Origin: a virus | IMG/VR virus record: IMGVR_UViG_3300039351_000006 | Strand: one strand, 5' to 3' | DNA: 64,000 nt | In this document: positions 60,003 to 64,000 of the stretch, one piece after another | Layout of the letters: each line of letters begins with the position of its first letter | How positions within the stretch are numbered: position 1 is the first letter of the stretch | Notes under the pieces: model-generated | Seen by the model: only the letters and a program-made list of their open reading frames with translations | Databases searched by the model: none | What the model was told of the DNA's origin: nothing | Position numbers and translations under genes: made by a program

Positions 60003-61153
60003 TCAAACAACGCAGCTACAGCGGCCACAACCAACGCCATGAAAATGAATACCCGTATTTGCTTCACCCCTGGCAACGTCTTCCAAACCATACCGTAGAA
60101 ACTGCCTGTTCCTCTTCTACGGAAATCAGGCCATCTCCATGCAGCAGCTGCAGCAATGTACAAAACCACAGCAACTATTATAGAGATAACGGCGACTTTA
60201 TCCAAGTTAGGTATTTTACTGATTACGTTAGAGGGCAGCATTGAGAATGAGGTATCAGCCACTTTACCGTTATCATCCAGTAATTCCTTGGGAACACCGT
60301 CACTTACCTTTGCCCAATAATCAAACTTACCCCACACGATAAGCCTCTGCACAGGATATGTATACTTAGGCCAACAGGTAGTAAGAGTTATATACCTATC
60401 AACAGGCTGAGCGTTGGGGTCATTAGGCACTGGTGCAATAACGTCAATATCGTTAGGCGTTGTATACTTATTACTAGTAACTTTGTAGACATACCAATAG
60501 TCTTTAGTTCTGACTACCAGAGCATCACCTTTTTGCAGCTTGTCGTTATTTCCACCTGGTGCACCGTATCCGTTAACGTGGCCAGCTATTGCAAAGTTGC
60601 CTTTTTCTCCTGGCATTTGCGTCTCAGCATAATGACCATAGCCGTGCATATCAAGCTGGCCTAAACCCGTACCTTGGACAATGTTTCTTACCCAGCCTTT
60701 ACCTGCTCTTGGCATGTAGATTTGACCGATTAAATCTGAGGTGTTAGCATACGTAGGCTGCACTGGAGGCTCACCGGTTTGCGCAGGTGCCACCTCTTGA
60801 CTCTTCTTATCAGAAACAAGAGTCATGTTATTTTTATCTGCCTCCGCAGCCTGATTTTTCGCCGCCAGAATACCCGTCCAGCCCACCTGCCAGACCACGT
60901 AGAGTATGACAACCAAAGCAGCTGTGAAGATTAGCTCTGTGACACCTCTTAAAGCTGTTTTCCTCTTGGTGCTTTTGCCGTACTTTTGGCGCTCTCTTAA
61001 CTCACGTAATTCTCTGCGTGTTAGCGGTGTCGAGTCAGACAATTCCAGCACGTCACCCATTGTTGTTTCAAAAGGCGAGGACTCAGGAATACTGCTACTA
61101 CTCCGAGCTTTTCTTGTATGCCTGGTTGCCTCTTGTTTTACGTGACGTGCCAT
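59933..61153 (-). CDS. class E-like sortase (transpeptidase) with N- and C-terminal TM segments
   Basis: Catalytic His context GNFAIAGHVNGYGAP, catalytic Cys in ITLTTCWP (TLxTC) with the conserved Arg in QRLIVWG; basic N-tail + TM; two C-terminal TM helices. Confidence 0.75.
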   Translation of the reverse strand: MARHVKQEATRHTRKARSSSSIPESSPFETTMGDVLELSDSTPLTRRELRELRERQKYGKSTKRKTALRGVTELIFTAALVVILYVVWQVGWTGILAAKNQAAEADKNNMTLVSDKKSQEVAPAQTGEPPVQPTYANTSDLIGQIYMPRAGKGWVRNIVQGTGLGQLDMHGYGHYAETQMPGEKGNFAIAGHVNGYGAPGGNNDKLQKGDALVVRTKDYWYVYKVTSNKYTTPNDIDVIAPVPNDPNAQPVDRYITLTTCWPKYTYPVQRLIVWGKFDYWAKVSDGVPKELLDDNGKVADTSFSMLPSNVISKIPNLDKVAVISIIVAVVLYIAAAAAWRWPDFRRRGTGSFYGMVWKTLPGVKQIRVFIFMALVVAAVAALFEWVYPWATSTIPFLQQMSGFTVD

Positions 61154-61164
61154 TACTCTAATCC

Positions 61165-61452
61165 TTACTCAGCGCTTACAGTCTTCATACGAGAAATTAC
61201 TTGATTTTGAATATTCTCAACAATCTGATTGCTGGTCATACCCGTAGTATTCACGCGATGATTCATATCAGTCAAATACCAAGAATTGTCTTCCCCGTTA
61301 AAAACCTCCATGTTGAGGGAATACCCCTCCTCTTCTTCTTTGTTGTCTTGATACGGCGTTAAACTGGCTTTAACAACCTTGTTGTACTGCGGCAGGAAAG
61401 TGGTCTCACACTTCCTGATTGCTTCGATTATATCTTCCTTCATACTAATCAC
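61165..61452 (-). CDS. hypothetical protein
   Basis: 95-aa ORF. Confidence 0.4.
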   Translation of the reverse strand: MISMKEDIIEAIRKCETTFLPQYNKVVKASLTPYQDNKEEEEGYSLNMEVFNGEDNSWYLTDMNHRVNTTGMTSNQIVENIQNQVISRMKTVSAE

Positions 61453-61660
61453 CTATAGAATCTTTAATAGCGGCAGTTTTCCTACTCAATCTTGTCTTCA
61501 AGCGTCTATTACCTCTATCTTGAGGACTTGCCGCACTACTCCTTCTTAATTCCAACATATCCTTGGCTAATTAAGGATTAGCCAAGGCGTAATTCTTCTT
61601 CTTTTTCATAACAGCATCAAATATTAAGTATACTAATAATTAATATAAATCTTCATAGTA

Positions 61661-62224
61661 TTACTTATCCGAATTACTTTTCAAGTAATCTCCAGCCCTG
61701 TTAGTTAAACCTAATTTGTTACCGTCAACAACAAAAGTACCTTCCTCATATTTGCCATTTAAAAGGTATCTGGCATCCTTATAATTGAGCCTACTGAAGT
61801 CATTAGGCGTAAAAGTTGCATCACAAGAATCATAATACGTGTTTCCATAATAATTTTGATTCTTGCACTTTAAATTAGATATGCCATACACAGACTCGAC
61901 TTTTGCGGTGAAGCTAACCGGCTCAGACGCTTCAGACGTATAAGACGAAAAATAGGCTATATTTAATCCAGTGAGTATAAGAGCAAAAATAGCGATTACA
62001 CACCACGCAATAACCACATTTACTTTGCCGCTAAAGGTCTTCAAATAATCTATAGGATTAATGTCAGCAATAACCTTAACGGTATAAGCAGCAACACCTA
62101 TGGCAATGATAGCTATTATTACAGTAATCGCCCAAAACCTAGGATTACCATAGGCAGTGGAAACCGAAATATCAATATCGCTATGAGAATTCCAACTGTT
62201 CAGATAATCAGAAAAGTCAACCAC
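61661..62224 (-). CDS. membrane-anchored hypothetical protein
   Basis: 187 aa, two TM helices then a soluble domain. Confidence 0.45.
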   Translation of the reverse strand: MVDFSDYLNSWNSHSDIDISVSTAYGNPRFWAITVIIAIIAIGVAAYTVKVIADINPIDYLKTFSGKVNVVIAWCVIAIFALILTGLNIAYFSSYTSEASEPVSFTAKVESVYGISNLKCKNQNYYGNTYYDSCDATFTPNDFSRLNYKDARYLLNGKYEEGTFVVDGNKLGLTNRAGDYLKSNSDK

Positions 62225-62237
62225 TACCCTATCCTAT

Positions 62238-63104
62238 CTAATCTACTTTCTCAAAACTGGCGTCTTTGTAATTGATTGAATACCCGTTGGCGTAATTATA
62301 TACGACCACGTGCTGGTCGATGCTACCATCACTTGTACGAATATCTACAGTTACTACACGAGGCAGTAATTCTTCGCCAGTGTAAATAGGAGTCGCTACG
62401 TACTCAATGCTACCACTCCTGTTGGCGTTCAACCAATCACGGGCTTCCGTCTCTGTGAAAGCCATGCCACCCGGTTCTGCGGTGGAGTTCTTACCGACAT
62501 TCTGTGTCCTTGTGCCAGTAATCATATTCTCAGCAGTGTCTTCCCCACCCAGAGACTTGGCAATCAGGTGCGACTTATTATACATCCAACCATGATAACA
62601 ACTATTCCTAGGCTGCTGATTCTTAGGCAAAGAACAGGTATCAGCAGCAGTCAGATTAATATAGACTTCAGTGTTCTTAGCAGGATAACCGGTAATTGTA
62701 GAGGGCATGTCCCTATCCCTGAGACTACCGGACTTCATTAAAGTGTACGTGATAATACCCTTGGCTTGGACACTTCTGCCTAGACTGTCAGGCGCTGTAT
62801 TAACCACTTCACCAATTTCAGGCATGTCCGAAGGTATCTGCGCTTTACCCGTTACACTGTAATAGTTAGGGTATTTATCCAAAGACCACTGGTAATCAGG
62901 CTCTTCGCCCTCATTATTGGAGGAGTCAAACCACTTATTTACCCTGTCTTTGGCGTCTTCCCAAATGTCATTGGCTTTCGACTTGCCCTCTTCTTTTAAT
63001 TCACCTACGGTCATGTTATCAATGTCTGAGGAACATGCAGTGAGAGAGAAAGCCATGACACTAGCCAATATAGCGGATAATACCCTAGAGGCGCGCATTT
63101 CCAA
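62238..63104 (-). CDS. lipoprotein with DNA/RNA non-specific (EndA/streptodornase-like) nuclease-like C-terminal domain
   Basis: Lipobox SLTACSS after a signal peptide; SHLIAKSLGGEDTAENMITGTRTQNVGKN resembles the (D)RGH-LIA...GG...N...QN core of NUC-family nucleases. Confidence 0.45.
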   Translation of the reverse strand: MEMRASRVLSAILASVMAFSLTACSSDIDNMTVGELKEEGKSKANDIWEDAKDRVNKWFDSSNNEGEEPDYQWSLDKYPNYYSVTGKAQIPSDMPEIGEVVNTAPDSLGRSVQAKGIITYTLMKSGSLRDRDMPSTITGYPAKNTEVYINLTAADTCSLPKNQQPRNSCYHGWMYNKSHLIAKSLGGEDTAENMITGTRTQNVGKNSTAEPGGMAFTETEARDWLNANRSGSIEYVATPIYTGEELLPRVVTVDIRTSDGSIDQHVVVYNYANGYSINYKDASFEKVD

Positions 63105-63154
63105 TCCTTTCTAAGAAAAAGCGTTGACAATTCTAAATTGTCAACGCTTTCATA

Positions 63155-63727
63155 TTACAGCTTCTTCACAGAGGAGCTTAAAGAATCCGTTACACTATCA
63201 GGCTCTTTAGTAGTGTTGCTAACAATTCTAGGTGTTGCCTGAGAATGCTTGCCAGAAGGTTCATTACTACCAGTCTTAACAGCCTTATTACTAAACTTGG
63301 GCAGCACCAAGACACACACCCAAGACATGAAGCCAACCAGAGCAATGGCTATGCCTACGTACATTACCCAATATTGCAGCTCTAAACCGTAATTCCAGAT
63401 GTACGCCAAACCGCCACCATACAGCCAGACGGCAAATCCGATTAGAATACCCAACCAACAGAAAATATCACTCTTAGTATCCCTACCGATGGTCTTAAGC
63501 CTACGCTTGGAGAAATACCCCAGAGCCACACCTGTGATAAGGAAGAATACACCCGAAAGGCAACCAACCAGAATCCTGGCCAGCCAGCCCTCAACGAGGA
63601 AACCAGCCGCAGACCACACCAACACGCTGGCAACGAAATAAACGAGCGTATTCACCGTGGAAACCAAAGACTCACTTCTTTTAGTGTTGAAAATTCCAGA
63701 ATACAAGCTACTAATATCAGTTAACAT
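63155..63727 (-). CDS. polytopic membrane protein
   Basis: 190 aa, 4-5 hydrophobic helices. Confidence 0.5.
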   Translation of the reverse strand: MLTDISSLYSGIFNTKRSESLVSTVNTLVYFVASVLVWSAAGFLVEGWLARILVGCLSGVFFLITGVALGYFSKRRLKTIGRDTKSDIFCWLGILIGFAVWLYGGGLAYIWNYGLELQYWVMYVGIAIALVGFMSWVCVLVLPKFSNKAVKTGSNEPSGKHSQATPRIVSNTTKEPDSVTDSLSSSVKKL

Positions 63728-63729
63728 TA

Positions 63730-64000
63730 TTTTTCTCCTTCAGATAGTTACCGGCACTATCAGTCAAACCGACCTTACTGCCGTCAACGACGACAATACC
63801 CTTTTCCACCTTCAAGTCCTTGATATACGAGACAGGGTATTTACCATCGGAGGGCAGGTGGTCTTTCATGTCTTCCACGCCCATTATGAAGTCGGTATCG
63901 TTATACCCGCTATTCGTGGAATAAAGGTCTTCAACGCCGAACGTGTTTTCAACGGCAGTGCTGAAGCGCTCAGGCCTGTCATAACTGTTAGCCCTGATTA
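63730..64000 (-). CDS. 3' end of a further minus-strand gene running off the window
   Basis: Open minus-strand frame from the window edge down to ~63730. Confidence 0.35.

Larger units (their letters stand above)
1..64000 (+). repeat. Dispersed strand-specific short motif AATACCC (core ATACCC), about 150 plus-strand copies (~1 per 400 bp); reverse complement GGGTATT essentially absent from plus strand
   Basis: Hand tally of ATACCC across the window; expected ~16 copies for this base composition; occurs in all three codon phases (GGT-ATT=G-I, GGG-TAT=G-Y, GTA-TTC=V-F) and in non-coding DNA. Confidence 0.75.

Noticed and set aside
1849-63641. All plus-strand ORFs in the track (e.g. 1849..2583, 6646..7815, 34264..35712, 35848..36792, 50273..51262)
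   Set aside because: Each lies entirely inside a longer, motif-bearing minus-strand gene. Their products are low-complexity or Ser/Leu/Arg-rich, as expected of antisense shadow frames.
1-64000. CRISPR array
   Set aside because: No regularly spaced 25-40-bp direct repeats with unique spacers. The repeats found are only 2-3 copies of iteron-like or hairpin elements.

Overview
The window is gene-dense and unidirectional: essentially every credible gene is on the minus strand. GC content is about 45%. The plus-strand ORFs in the track look like shadow frames. Gene content fits a large phage, or a phage-plasmid, of a Gram-positive host, probably an actinobacterium. Recognisable genes include a partial DNA methyltransferase at the left edge, an actin-like ParM/Alp ATPase, a DHH (RecJ-like) phosphoesterase, a UvrD-family helicase, and four minus-strand tRNAs (Gln-UUG, Met-CAU, Leu-CAA, Leu-UAA). 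Interleaved with the tRNAs are a nucleoside-deoxyribosyltransferase-like gene, a calcineurin-type metallophosphoesterase and a Pol-beta-type nucleotidyltransferase. A T4-like DNA module comprises a dUTPase, an Mre11/SbcD nuclease, a Rad50/SbcC apparently split into two genes, and a gp32-like zinc-finger SSB. Further calls are a secreted zincin metalloprotease with a Big_2 domain, an XRE HTH regulator, an ArdC-like antirestriction protein, a J-domain protein, an SPFH/band-7 protein, a DivIVA-domain protein, a lipoprotein nuclease, and many hypothetical membrane or coiled-coil proteins. No capsid, terminase, tail or integrase gene is recognisable in this window. Three things stand out. (1) The heptamer AATACCC (GGGTATT on the coding strand) occurs about 150 times on the plus strand and almost never on the other strand, in all reading frames. 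(2) A roughly 1.6 kb ORF-free block (about 31.0-32.6 kb) is nearly devoid of G and T on the plus strand and carries iteron-like direct repeats. (3) A class E sortase gene is present together with a large CAP-domain, coiled-coil surface protein ending in a LAXTG sorting signal, a mobile-element-borne sortase/substrate pair. Several genes show homopolymer-associated frameshifts or in-frame stops, which may be assembly errors or genuine pseudogenes or phase variation.
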